DNA of 64,000 bases from Albugo candida (lineage: Eukaryota). The notes under the pieces are model-generated. The model made no database searches. It was given only the letters and a program-made list of their open reading frames with translations, and was not told where the DNA came from. The DNA is taken from positions 1-64,000 of the forward strand of contig JBDOQK010000087.1 of NCBI GenBank assembly GCA_040437565.1, in the 5' to 3' direction. The translations under genes were made by a program, and so were the position numbers. Positions within the stretch are counted from its first letter, which is position 1. Each line of letters opens with the position of its first letter. Positions 12,797 to 25,431 of this stretch are shown piece by piece.

Positions 12797-15700
12797 GGTT
12801 CTGAGCCCAATAGACGGTCAAGAGGAGGTCAGACCATCCACTCCAGCTTACACAGCGTATGCCTGCAAGGAGGAGGAACAGTTGGATGCTCGCGGGGTAA
12901 GGCTAAGTCTTTTGGAGTTCTTACAAGGAAGCGAAGTTGCGGTGGGGTTGGCGAGGATATCTGTACTCCTGGAGGCGATGTAAAGAGATCGCAAAGGCTC
13001 TGTCGAGTGGAAACCTGTCGACCAGGAACCGCCACCTCTCGACCGGTTATCAGGCGGTGGATTGGGTTTGATGGGGCATATCCCAATGTCAGATGCAGCA
13101 GCTGAACTCTGAACTGAAGGACACACTTCGAGCTTCTTTGCAAATCACAGTGCAGTACATGGTCCGGCTGCCCGCGCGTGGAAAGAGCAGGTGCAGGCGA
13201 ATTATCAGCATTAAGCCACAAATGAAAGGCTACGCATGCAGAATCAGTATCGACATAAGTTGCATCACGGGGCTGCAGAATTTCACCAAGAGGCAGCGGA
13301 GCTTAAAGATAAATTTCAACCCCAAAACTGAGACTTCAAGAGCAGCTGAACTTCCGTGTTAAAAATGAACCCATGGGACCACATGAAATGGACGAGCTGA
13401 ACCCGCACTCTTCCGCTGAAGGGGGAATTAGTATCGATCCTTTTGAGGGATCCGAAAACTCATAAGGGGAGTTGGTGGTGGCTTTGTTCAATGGGGATAG
13501 CCGTTGGTGGTAAAATTGATTTGGCTGAAAGGGCGTTTGGTTTTTGCTGACCGGAGGAGTACAAGGTATCACATCTAGAGAATTCCTGCGTAGAAAGGCT
13601 GCAAGATACTTCAATCAGCGCGTCCACACTTGGTGTAGGATGACACCGACTCTTGGATTTGTTATGGATACGATGGTGGACTCGTATCGAATTATTTTTT
13701 CCAAGCAACAGACTATCAAGCTGTTTGCTGAACGAAAGGACACGGGCCGGTCGTGGAGCGACCATTTTGCTTCATCTGGTGGCTCTTAGGAGGGGACGAA
13801 TTCGGGCGAGGAGTTGATTCTGGAAAATATTGTGGAGTATGCCCAGCCCGAGTGTCAAGCCTTGAGAATCCGGCAATACGACAGGTTTCGCACGGATTAA
13901 TTGGCCCACATGGAGGATATTATCTCATTTATTCCAGTACTGTAAGATGAAAGAGTTATTGATACAAAGACCTGTCGTGCATTCGTGAAGTTGGTAAACG
14001 AAACGAGAATATGCCACAAGTGCGGTCAAGTCGGTCATATCGCGCGTTATTGCCGCAATAAAGCTACCGCGCAAGATTCGGAGAGAATGAAAAGCTCCAG
14101 GGAAAGTGTGAAATCTAAATGGGCATTTGTTGCTAATGCAAGCGACGATTTAGATGAAGATGATTGGAGTTTTGACACTGGCGCAAGTTGTCACTTGGTT
14201 CGTGATGTATGTATGCTGTTCAAGGCTGGAGATTGTGCAACAGGTGACGTGTTACGTCAGCCGGATGGTACCTCATTGTGAGCGATGAGATGCGGTAATG
14301 TGTGCTTAAACAACTCCGTTGATAGTGTATACACTGGAGTTGAACTATCAAGTTGTTACTACTCGCCACAATTGACAAGGAATCTGGTTTCATATGGTCG
14401 CCTGAACGACCATGCGTGTTTACTGGGCCGTTTTCAAGGACGACATCTGTGTAAAATAACGGGAATGTGGTATTTTACGTGACGATTAAAGCTCCCGTGG
14501 TGTTTGTAGACCGTGCTGCTGCCAAAAAGGCAATCTTGCGATTGGAGAGATTGTAATGAGCGTTTTGGGTAATATTCGTTCTGGTGAAACTGGGTAGTAG
14601 GGTTTGCTTATGCAGCTTCACGAGCGCTTTGGTCATCTGACTCACGACACAATTGAGCATCTGGAGAGTATGCCCGGATTAGTGACTAAATTAAATGACC
14701 ATATCCAAAAAGAGTTGCTTGGCGTGTGCAGACGGGAAACAAACACGTGCTATCCAGCCCAAACAAGACACTGGTAAGAGTACACCCACCGATTGCGTCG
14801 AGGGAGTGATATGTGGTGACCTCAAGGCTCTAATTACGTCGCGAGATCGTAGATGCAACATATATCTGCTAAATATCTTCGCCCACAGGACCAATTATTG
14901 TCCTCGCCCACAAGACCAATTATTGTCCTATCTTTGCCAAGACAAAGGATCAAGCAGCGAATATGTTTGAGCGTTTATTAGTTGATTTCAAGAAACGGTA
15001 CAATTGCCGCGTGATTGTGCTTCGCACTGATGGTGGTGGCGGATACAAAAACTTTGACTTATTTTGTCGTGATTCTGGAGTTGCTCGCCAATTCATGGAG
15101 GCTGGCAACAAGGCTGGAAATGGAAAAGCTGAGCGTATGCACCTCAATATGGTTCGCTGCATGATTTTTTTCGTGTGATTTGCCTCTTTCGTTTTGGAAT
15201 GATGCAGCGGAATATTCAGCTTACGTTCTGAATCGTATGCCTAAACGTGCTAATCTTAAAAGAGCGTCTCCGATAGCCATATTGACTGGACGTCCCCCAA
15301 GTCTCGTTGATATTGTTTTTGGGTCTCCATCATGACACCTATCGTGGTCCGCCGAAGAACTTGTTAAAGCAACGCTCCTCGCAAGGGAATATTGCCGGAT
15401 TTCGTGTTTGGCTTCCGGGTGATCGTGTTGTAATTACAACACGGCATATTCCTTAAGTTCTATCGGCCAATGACACGGCGAATGCGCAGCTGAGAGACGT
15501 ACTGCAGAATGGGGCAGAAATGAATTGGAAGAGCTTGCGCACGCGCGTCAAGATGGACATTTTGCTACGGAGCCCTCTGGGGAAATAGTCAAGTGCAACT
15601 TGCGACTTTAAATGGGAAATCAACTGCTGTGAATCCCTCAATTTCACAGATTGGAAGTATTTGTACAACAGCGACGTTCCCAGAGAAACAAGAAAACGTC

Positions 15701-17507
15701 GTTGCGAAAAGCTGAAGCGGATATGGATACCTTGACTGCTACAAAGTCATCACGTAATCTTGTCATGCAGTTACAACTGCCATCACGGTGGACACATCGC
15801 CGGTACCCACTGATGTTGTACACGCTGTCGTTTCTGCCGTGTTACAAGTATTTCAAGCTGTATTCGCGCATCTACCAGATCCGAGGACTTTTATAGTCTA
15901 TGAGGAGTCCGATAAAGTACTATGGCTTCGGGCCCACCGTGAGGAGCTAGCATCATTGCATGCGAATCACACGTGGTGGGCTGTCCAAGCAGAACCCAAT
16001 GTTACCCGGTTGAATACTGAACGGGGGTATAGAAAGAAACGGTCCAGGGGTGGAGCAACTGAACGATACAAAGCAAGACTATTAGCCTGTGGAAATGAAC
16101 AGGTGCTCTATGTCAAGATCCCTTTCAACCTTTTCTACGGTGTTTGATGTGACAAGCGCAAAAACTATTTTCGCTAGCGCATGGACTTGGCGTCTTCCAG
16201 CCAGGCATTTTCACGTTCCAAATGCGTAACGCGCAGCTAAAGAAGGTAACGTAGACATAAATGTCTTTATTCCTGATAGCATGCATCCCACATCGGCGGA
16301 GATGTCTGGTGTGGTGTGCGTACGTCCAAGTATCTGTCACTAAGTTTGTAGTGAAGCTTGAATGGACTGAAACAGGCAGGTCACCTATGGCATCAGCTCC
16401 TCCATGCGACCTTAACGAACACTGGTTATGTGCAATGCATCACCGATACTTTTCTGTATTACAAATCTGACACGGACGGCACAATGCTGTTCGGAATTTA
16501 TGTTGATGATCTTTTGGTGACTGGTACGAACAACCAGCGTGTTGATGATTTCTTCTCGCGAATGGCATTTCTAAAGTCAAAGGACCTTAGCCTTGCCGAG
16601 AAGTTTCTTGGGATGAGTTACCATTTTGATGAAACTTTTGGATACCAGGTTGATCAAGAAGTTACTATTCGTGAGTTATTACACAAGCATGGGCTCGACA
16701 AAGCTGAACCAGTGCTATGCCCGATAGGAGGAGAGTATCTGGGTGAGTATCAACCTCGAGGAGGCGTGTAACTGTCACCAAATGGGCCTGGTACATCTGA
16801 ACACCCAAGCACTAAGACATTTCAGTAGCTACTCGTAAGATTACTGCGGATTGCTCGCTGTACGCGACCGGATATCTCTTTTGCTGTGCACCGCGCATAC
16901 GGACGTGCCCATTAGCCCACTATTGGCGAGTAGAAATTGTCAAAACGGATCACTTGCTACTCGGCCGGAAGTGCTGGTCTAAAACTAGCGATAAAATGCA
17001 ACGGTAAACCCGGTCTTCCGCTGCGACTAGAATGTTTTACCGATGCCGATTTTGCTAGGGACAAACAAGAAGTAAATTCTGTCAGCGGTGGCATTGTTCG
17101 CATTAACGAAATGGTCGTGGGTAAGCATTGCAAGAAGAAAAACGTAAGTGGCTTTATCGACTGCTGAGGTGGAATATCTTACTGCATCTATTGGCGGCAG
17201 AGAGCTTCTTGGATTGAAATAATTGACTAGTGGGCTTGGACTTCCAGTTACACTCCCGATGCGAATGAATATGGACAGCCAGGCTGCTATCAAACAAGTG
17301 GACAACGAAGCCAGCTCAATCCAGGCCAAGCATGTGAATATGCGCCTAATTTATTGGTGATTACACCGTAAAGATGCTATTCAACCGACCTATGTGACCA
17401 CGCAAAATATGCTGGATGACATCCTGACTAAGCCAATTTCAGCGCCTCAGATTCAAGCTCTACGTGCTGCTGTTGGTATCGAGAAGGCACAAGCCCTGTG
17501 GAGGAGC

Positions 17508-17732
17508 TGCCAGGTCTCTGGCCACCTCGGTGGAACTGTCTGTCAGGTTCTTCTGGTTTCAGTACATCTGGTGACAGACGAGACTTCAAGGGCGTGAAAC
17601 GACGGAGCTACCCATATTGGGTAAGGGAAGGAGTGGCTACAACGTAGGTTACTGGTAGGTACGCCGATAATTTTATAAATATACAGACTCTGCAAAAATA
17701 CTTCTTTTGGACCACGCTGTCTCGAATCAATA
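17508..17732 (+). repeat. 3' LTR of Copia-2
   Basis: Starts TG right after the polypurine tract and ends ...GAATCAATA like the 5' LTR. Confidence 0.8.
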
Positions 17733-20016
17733 GCTCTGACTTTCGATTTGTCCTGCATGGCATCTGTGTCCTACATCGTTATCGAGAAGCTGTACTGCCA
17801 GAACGATAAAATATTTCATGTGTGGTTTATTGCGCATGTATCTGCATTTATGTATCTCGTGCTAGTAACCTTCTATGTATCGCTCCCCATTAGGACAGCA
17901 AACTAGCAAGTTTAAGTCTGACGTGTGTTTACTTCAATCTACCAACTCCCCAATCTTTGTACACAAAGCGACAATTTTTTCTCGAGATATTTCACTGCTG
18001 ACAGAAAATGATTTAATCGTTCCCTATCGTCGGAAAACTTTGGATTGATGAAGTTTTTTGAGAACTTCGACTCGCTTTAGCAAATGCAGTTACAAGCAGA
18101 AGCATATTTGTCATGCGATTTGACATAGTCTCTGCAAAGTGTGTTCAATAAGTAGAAAGATTTGAAGTAGCTGAGTTGCACAGCGTACGAAAGCTAGTGT
18201 ACATGCTGCAGCTAAAATTGTGCTGGAGCTTTGTCTAGCCGTGTCGATCCACACAATCCAGACCTGCATGCTCGTAACTAGACTATTATCATTTCAATGG
18301 TTTTCTAGCTGCTCACCGCTAAAGGTGATGATGATTTCTCACACAAAAGCTAGGACATATGCAAACTTTGCAATTGATGCGAACGCTGCAGCGAGTTCGA
18401 TACAATGCCTAAACCTTGTTCTGAACGAAATAATCGACCATCTGGTGCCTTTCGAGCGACCCCATCATTATAAGTGACTTTCGCGATCGCGCAAAGGCGG
18501 TGCATTTAGAGATGCTGAGCAATACAGGATTGCCAATGGCCAAACCAGCGCAGTTCAAATTTCTTGTAGTGAGTGAAGGTGCTTCAGGTATATTTGGGTG
18601 CTTGCTTGCATGTACCCAATGCGATGTGATCTTACGTGGCTTGATGGTCGTCTGAAGTGTTCTCGTACAACGGGTCAATATTCGAAGTCAAAAAGGGTCA
18701 GCCTCTACCACCGACTTTTGCACAATCAGCATTCAACTATTAGAGAATGGCTGAGAGGAGAATAAAAGGCGCCATCCATGGAACCTTGGTGGTAGTTTAC
18801 CATGCTTTGGGTAGGAGGAAGGAAGTTGCTTGAGAGAGTTGAGCTAGGCTCTCGTTATCCATATGCAACGCACACCCTATAGCTAATATTAAAATCAAAA
18901 TGCATATAATAAGCAAGAAGAAAGGCTTCGCCTTTCTCCAAAGATAAACCGATCAGAAATACTAGAGTGAAGATGTCCTGTAGGATTATGGTGCCAAGCT
19001 TGCTCTTCATTATGATTACATGCACGCCAGCTACCATTTTGTTACCGCATACGACGTTAGGTTCACATCTCGACTGCAGGTTCTAGTATCAAAATGCAGC
19101 GCGATTTCCAACTTTTGTGGTGCGTTGGATATGTACGATTGCAGAATGATCGGTACTTGAACTTTTATCGCAAGAATCGAACATCGCGCAACGTTTTGTC
19201 CCACTTCTACACATATTTCATGCGGTGATCAGCGAATGTGAACAGCCGTCAGCCTTTGGTCCTCGTACATACCAAATCCAAGCTGGTCCATCAATCAAAA
19301 CTATTCCGATGTAATCATCGTGCGTACCTTCTGCGTTGGATGAGTGTCCCGGATTTGATTGAAGCTACCAGTTTCAATATCTGCAATGACCTGTAAATAA
19401 TATACCAGCTATTGATCCGATTACGCATGACTTATAAGGGTTCCCACACATAAATTCGGTGACAGCACACACCTATCCGGACATTGCATGCGTCAAATAC
19501 ACTGCGGCAATGGGATTACCTAGAGTAATTGCAAGCATGTCTCCTAATAGCGAGTCAGTCGTCTTCTGATTCCGAAGATATCGCTTCAATGTAAGGTATT
19601 GATGTATTCGGAAAGATCGCCTGCCGAGTAAAAGTCGCGGCAGCCTCATTACAAGTTTTTGGACTTGGAATCATATTCACGTCACGGAAGAAGCTACAAC
19701 AGCATCGGATATTTTCAAGCATGTTATCGCCAAGGTAGCAAGCATGAACTGGTTGGAGTGGCTGATTCTGACTGCATCGATCTTGATGCTTTGATCGCGA
19801 TATAGTAGGAAAGGAGGTAGTGCTATGAAAAAATTGCACGATTCAGGGAAATGTCTCTTCTCGTACAGGATCTTGGAAGCTATGATCAGTTGCACTGACT
19901 GATGATTCGTGTCAACAAGAAAGCTCACTAAAGATAAAAAAGTAGTTTATTTGCTTGACGCTTTACCCGCAAAATACTCTAGGTCTGCTTGCTATACTTT
20001 AACGTCCGTATACCCC

Positions 20017-22053
20017 TCAATGCTTTCCCGTTGCAAGTATCTGTTGCAGCCGACCGCTGTAATTTCGAACAAGAGGCTGGTTGGGGTGTTGTGTACCAAA
20101 ATCCAACGAACGAAGAATACTTGCGAAATTTGATGGCTGTGATCGAACACCCATTTTTATGATTTTGTATGCGGTGACTTTTATATCGCAACGTAAATTG
20201 CAAAATATGTTCAAGTGCGTATATTTGAAACGGCTCGTAAGGATGTACGATGACGCAGTCGACACAACGTATGAATTACTTATTGCTGCGATGCAAAATG
20301 CCAAGTGTCGGAATGCTTCTTTATGTTTATCCGTTCCTTGTTCAAACTGCAGAAACCATGCAGCGTCCTCGGATGAATCATGACTCAGATGCCTGACCAC
20401 ATCTCGGAGGTTTCTATTTTGTTCAGATGGAGGAATAGAAAATTGAATGGATGCTGACATTTGCTCTTCCCGAGACATTGCATCTGAGCCGAGGCCCAGC
20501 AAGCTTATTCTCAAAAATGTACACATGCTTTCGAATAGACCCGACACCCATGTGCATTTCTTGGTACACCTAACTGCAGCTTCTTGCACATGTAGTTCCT
20601 GCTTGAAAAATACGAGGCTACTACTTCTTGAGGTCGGTTGGATCGATTCCACCAAGTCTTCCCAGCTACGCTTATGACTATCGCTACTGGATTCGCCCAA
20701 GATACACTTCAAACAAGGCGGAATTGTAGCACCACCTCTACTTTCTATGTTTTTTACGTCAATTGGATGTGGATATGCATCCCGTGCAAGAGCACTCGTT
20801 GAAAAATGCATACATTGATAAGATTTTGTCCATTTTGTGCCAAGATATTTAGCTTCGTTTTGAGATGATCCTAATATTTCAAAATTGGATAAAAGATCGT
20901 CCATTTTTCTGTTCGACTCCTTAGAAACCTTTTTGCAGATGTGTGGCACCAAACATTCCTTTTTGAATTTTGAGAGATCATAATCGTAGCCAGTCAAGCC
21001 GACAAAGTATCCTTCTCGTTCGTTATTGTGCTGAATGAGAGGGCTGATGTTGTGTGAAGCACATGATAAGCAATTATTCATGTGCAGTTGACCGTAAGCC
21101 ACATTGAACACGAAATAGAAAAAAGGAACCGCGTCTTTTGAGCCTTTATGAGCGAAGTGTTCTTGTACCATATTGTACAGACACGCCACAGGACAATCGA
21201 TTGCAGATCCTACCATGATAGTACCACAGGTACTTTGGCAGTCTAGCATTTCTGTTTTAGTGGCACTAGATAGAAACGCCCATTGATATATTCCAAGGTC
21301 TGTTTTTCGGACAAAGAACCTTTCATTTCTTTTATCAATGGCTAAGCATCGAACGCAGTCTTGGATCCACAATTCAGGCAGACCAAGTTGCAAAACTAAG
21401 CAAGATTCTGTTCTTCCTGCTTGTGTAATGGTGGGTGAAGTCCGAGGCTTTTTCGATTGGTGATTGCGATTCACATTTTTCTCTCCTCCGAATGCATCGT
21501 AACCTTTAATCTCGCTGTTTTCTGGTACTTTATCCGAAGTATCACTGTGAAAAAGCACTTCTCTGGGTGCGTCATCTGTTTGTGTAGTCACAATAGCGCC
21601 AAATAGTAAAAACTGCTTCAACCTATGATTCTGTTTACTAAGCTCTCCTTTGTACGCAGCACCTACAACTTGAGGTTGATTCGTCGCATGATTGCGTTTG
21701 TCACTCGGACTTGATTTCTTCGCTGCAAATTCTTCTGGTTGGATGTCTCTGTCCCGCTTCTTGTTCTGTTGGATACTGGCAAATGTATTGCAGTATTTAC
21801 GAATGACCTCGAATGGAATATCATCAGAAATATCTGCAACCATCTCCAAGCTGATCGCTGCAGGCTTTCTTACAGCGTCAATTTTTCTCAAATCGTATGT
21901 GAAGTTTGCATACGGGACAAATGGTTGGATGCACTGGTGCAAGTCTGCATAGCTAAAAAGTCCATATGGCACAGTCATTTGGATCTCATATGTGTGACTA
22001 GGTCGTCCTTGCCAAAAATGAACAAGAACTTGAAGAGCGATGCTTAGTTTCAT
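20017..22053 (-). CDS. Secreted multi-module Cys-rich protein, candidate CHxC/CCG-like effector, paralogue 2 (678 aa)
   Basis: Intact ORF. The start MKLSIALQVLVHFWQG at 22053 aligns with the starts of paralogues 1 and 3 (an upstream in-frame ATG exists at 22119). Modules LHQC, CVRC..CQSTC, CLSC..CLVPHIC, CLKC..CTKKC and LAFC..FC. Confidence 0.88.
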   Translation of the reverse strand: MKLSIALQVLVHFWQGRPSHTYEIQMTVPYGLFSYADLHQCIQPFVPYANFTYDLRKIDAVRKPAAISLEMVADISDDIPFEVIRKYCNTFASIQQNKKRDRDIQPEEFAAKKSSPSDKRNHATNQPQVVGAAYKGELSKQNHRLKQFLLFGAIVTTQTDDAPREVLFHSDTSDKVPENSEIKGYDAFGGEKNVNRNHQSKKPRTSPTITQAGRTESCLVLQLGLPELWIQDCVRCLAIDKRNERFFVRKTDLGIYQWAFLSSATKTEMLDCQSTCGTIMVGSAIDCPVACLYNMVQEHFAHKGSKDAVPFFYFVFNVAYGQLHMNNCLSCASHNISPLIQHNNEREGYFVGLTGYDYDLSKFKKECLVPHICKKVSKESNRKMDDLLSNFEILGSSQNEAKYLGTKWTKSYQCMHFSTSALARDAYPHPIDVKNIESRGGATIPPCLKCILGESSSDSHKRSWEDLVESIQPTSRSSSLVFFKQELHVQEAAVRCTKKCTWVSGLFESMCTFLRISLLGLGSDAMSREEQMSASIQFSIPPSEQNRNLRDVVRHLSHDSSEDAAWFLQFEQGTDKHKEAFRHLAFCIAAISNSYVVSTASSYILTSRFKYTHLNIFCNLRCDIKVTAYKIIKMGVRSQPSNFASILRSLDFGTQHPNQPLVRNYSGRLQQILATGKH

Positions 22054-22259
22054 CGTATACTGTAGCAGATGATATGTTTGTTTCCTAGTGCGTCTCGTAC
22101 GGACGTCCACGTACTTCATTTATTGGGTATACACGCAGAAGAACAATACTGACCGTCCANNNNNNNNNNNNNNNNNNNNNNNNNNNNNNNNNNNNNNNNN
22201 NNNNNNNNNNNNNNNNNNNNNNNNNNNNNNNNNNNNNNNNNNNNNNNNNNNNNNNNNNN

Positions 22260-22978
22260 TCCGAGGCTTTTTCGATTGGTGATTGCGATTCACATTTTTC
22301 TCTCCTCCGAATGCATCGTAACCTTTAATCTCGCTGTTTTCTGGTACTTTATCCGAAGTATCACTGTGAAAAAGCACTTCTCTGGGTGCGTCATCTGTTT
22401 GTGTAGTCACAATAGCGCCAAATAGTAAAAACTGCTTCAACCTATGATTCTGTTTACTAAGCTCTCCTTTGTACGCAGCACCTACAACTTGAGGTTGATT
22501 CGTCGCATGATTGCGTTTGTCACTCGGACTTGATTTCTTCGCTGCAAATTCTTCTGGTTGGATGTCTCTGTCCCGCTTCTTGTTCTGTTGGATACTGGCA
22601 AATGTATTGCAGTATTTACGAATGACCTCGAATGGAATATCATCAGAAATATCTGCAACCATCTCCAAGCTGATCGCTGCAGGCTTTCTTACAGCGTCAA
22701 TTTTTCTCAAATCGTATGTGAAGTTTGCATACGGGACAAATGGTTGGATGCACTGGTGCAAGTCTGCATAGCTAAAAAGTCCATATGGCACAGTCATTTG
22801 GATCTCATATGTGTGACTAGGTCGTCCTTGCCAAAAATGAACAAGAACTTGAAGAGCGATGCTTAGTTTCATCGTATACTGTAGCAGATGATATGTTTGT
22901 TTCCTAGTGCGTCTCGTACGGACGTCCACGTACTTCATTTATTGGGTATACACGCAGAAGAACAATACTGACCGTCCA
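22260..22978. other. Assembly overlap: second copy of 21441-22159 (5' part of paralogue 2) across a 100-N gap
   Basis: Identical translation on both sides; the duplication ends exactly at the gap edges. Confidence 0.85.
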
Positions 22979-24419
22979 CCATGTCGGTATACGTGAAACA
23001 TGTATAAGGTCATCTACCCGGCTCATGTGTGTATAATGTGAGCACCTCTATACATTACTGCACTTTGACTGATAAAGATGTAATACGATCGGTACGAGTC
23101 AGATATCCCTCATGCGCCATCCTGTCTAAACTGTAAATGAGTAGTCAATCTGTCAAGTGCTCGATCATTTAACTATGTGATGCCTTGGGCTGAGCAATGA
23201 GTGTACATGAAATAGTTCGCAAAGATACCCCACAATGGCCTTCGTACTCGAGCAAATTGCTAATGCTTGTGAGCAGAATTTTTGATACGGTGCTTGGAGG
23301 TTGCTCTGCAATTCTTCTTCAAAGCACATAATCAAACACTAAATGCCGAGTGCTTTAGAACAAAACCAAATTAGCCACTTAGCGCAATAACTGATCATTG
23401 AATCGAATTCTTATTCCCATTGGTGATCTTCACAAAATGATGTATCAAATTGGTGTTATGAGCATTGCATTTCATGCAATCTACGATGATCGTGCATCTT
23501 CAAGCCATAGAATGAAATTATCAAGTACATTCTGACCGCTGCAAATGTGATGGTATGGTACGACTCCTAACTTGCCTTATTTTTACACACGAAGGACGCT
23601 TAAATCAGAACATATGGCTCTTCAACCAAGTCACGGCAGAAGATATTCATCAAGTCGAATGGACCGAAGAAGATGATGTGCACAACGTACAAATGCTAGC
23701 GCGCATGGTCCAGTTACTCAAATCGAACTGCAGCATGTTTGATCCGAGCAAGACTGTCTGAATTTGTCGATGCGCGCAATCCAAAAAACCAGCATTTTCA
23801 TTAGCCTATTACCCTTCAACTCTCCACTTGCTGCTCATCGCCCAGCATTATATATTCTTTCTCACACAAGAGCTAGTATACACGCGACCTTTGCAGGCGA
23901 TGCGAAAGCTGCAGTTTGCTCGATACAATGAATTTGGAATCGCATGCTTCTCCTGACTCTTGATCTGGCCAAGTTCGTCGAGTCATGTAGCTGCCTACCG
24001 AGCTCCTTTCGCGATTAACGATCGAGAGTGATGCTACACAATATCGCAATTAGAATGAGTAAAGGATTAAGCACTGACAAAGTGCTTGACATGGCCAGAC
24101 GTCGACACAACGATCATGCTTCTCTTGAACATTTCATAATAAAATTTTAATTTCTTTCAGTGAGCGGAGGGATTTCGGGCACATTTGGATGCTCAATCGA
24201 ACGTAACAATACAGTTTGCTCTTCACGTAACTTCGTAGTCATCCGATATTGTCCTTTATGGTCCAGTGCGTCACTAAATGCTCAAAGATATTGCCTCAAA
24301 AGTGTCGGAAACTATCATCAAATTTCGCAGAATCAGCATCAAATCGTCGATGAGTGGCTGAGACCGGAAGGTAGGCACCCTTTATGGAAAGCTGGCAAGG
24401 CTCAAGCACGTATTGACTA

Positions 24420-25431
24420 TATTAGAAACCGTACAAAAGATAACACACAAAGACTTGTTGTTTAAAAGGTATATTGGGAACTCCCTTAGCAACTATCTTA
24501 TGTCTCTCTGCGACCTTTCACTGCATACGACTATTCAGGAGATGGTGACCTTCCACCAGTGGAGGTCTTCCACTTACCGTCGCTGCAATCAGTAGATCCG
24601 GTTTCCAACACGCCCTCCTCCAAAGTTAGTCCATCACTTTGGAAAGGTGTAGTTTGGTCATACCGATCATTGAGCTCAATCTTTCGAGTCTTTCACTGGC
24701 AAGAGGCTTTATCATGATTTCTGATGGATTTAAGNNNNNNNNNNNNNNNNNNNNNNNNNNNNNNNNNNNNNNNNNNNNNNNNNNNNNNNNNNNNNNNNNN
24801 NNNNNNNNNNNNNNNNNNNNNNNNNNNNNNNNNNTTATCTGGTTTTTTAACTGCCTTCCTTATCTTATCATGAGTCCCTGACCGTGTGAATATCACTTAA
24901 GTCTGACTTCAAACCTAGGGAGGCAGATATTTTCCAAGCTTATTGCTTGGGTGGGCTCAACCGCTGCCCACACTGCCGGGAATCGGGCTAACGACCTCCG
25001 GCAGGGGGTCCGTGCGCTCAAGTGCTTAACCGACTGAGCTGGGTGCGGACCCCCATGGCATGTTTGTAGAATGTCCAGTCGTCTGCATTCCAGTGTATGG
25101 GAGTCCCCGCATGCCCAATCGTGAATTCGTTGCGTTCTTCTCCGACGCTGTCGGAGTCTGACAATGAAGATAAGTTCTATCTTTTGTGTCGCGTCGGTCG
25201 CGTAGCACCGCGTAGTCTCTGGGTGCTTGGGCTCATAAGCCCATTAGAAACCGTACAAAAGATAACACACAAAGACTTGCTGTTTGGAAGTATATTGGGA
25301 AATCCCTTAGCAACTATCTTATGTCTCTCTGCGACCTTGCACTGCCTACGACTATTCAGGATATGGTGACCTTCCACCAGTGGAGGTCTTCAACTTACCG
25401 TCGCTGCAATCAGTAGATCCGGTTTCCAACA
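24420..25431 (-). mobile_element. Ty1/Copia LTR retrotransposon (Copia-3), internal region mostly lost in an N gap
   Basis: LTRs of about 190 bp at 24420-24610 and 25242-25431 (about 9 substitutions and 1 indel). TSD GACTA at 24415-24419 and 25432-25436. PBS-like GCTTATGAGCCCA next to the 5' LTR and PPT GGAGGAGGG before the 3' LTR. RNase H C-terminal remnant (IMIKPLASERLERLSSMIG) at about 24660-24717. Confidence 0.88.

Larger units (their letters stand above)
12640..17732 (+). mobile_element. Decayed full-length Ty1/Copia LTR retrotransposon (Copia-2)
   Basis: Shared LTR 3' parts (GTAGGTTACTGGTAGGTACGCCGATAATTT...CTGTCTCGAATCAATA) ending at 12796 and 17732. PBS-like GGTTCTGAGCCCA at 12797-12809 and PPT GGAGGAG near 17500-17506. 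Zinc knuckle CHKCGQVGHIARYC, protease WSFDTGASCHL, integrase LRTDGGGGY/NGKAER, RT ERYKARLLACG/GLKQAG/YVDDLLV, RNase H FTDADFA/DILTKP. Left boundary is 12640 (GCTCT TSD matching 17733-17737) or 12675 (TGCCAGGTCT matching the 3' LTR start at 17508). Confidence 0.92.

Noticed and set aside
14880-14929. 25-bp direct repeat as a CRISPR-like or regulatory repeat
   Set aside because: Only two adjacent copies with no spacer; a slippage duplication frameshifting the dead Copia-2 integrase.
22120-22938. Fourth effector paralogue
   Set aside because: Identical to the 5' end of paralogue 2 and bounded by the gap; assembly overlap.
24420-25431. TRIM-like miniature LTR element
   Set aside because: The short length is due to an internal N gap, and an RNase H remnant indicates an ordinary Copia of unknown size.
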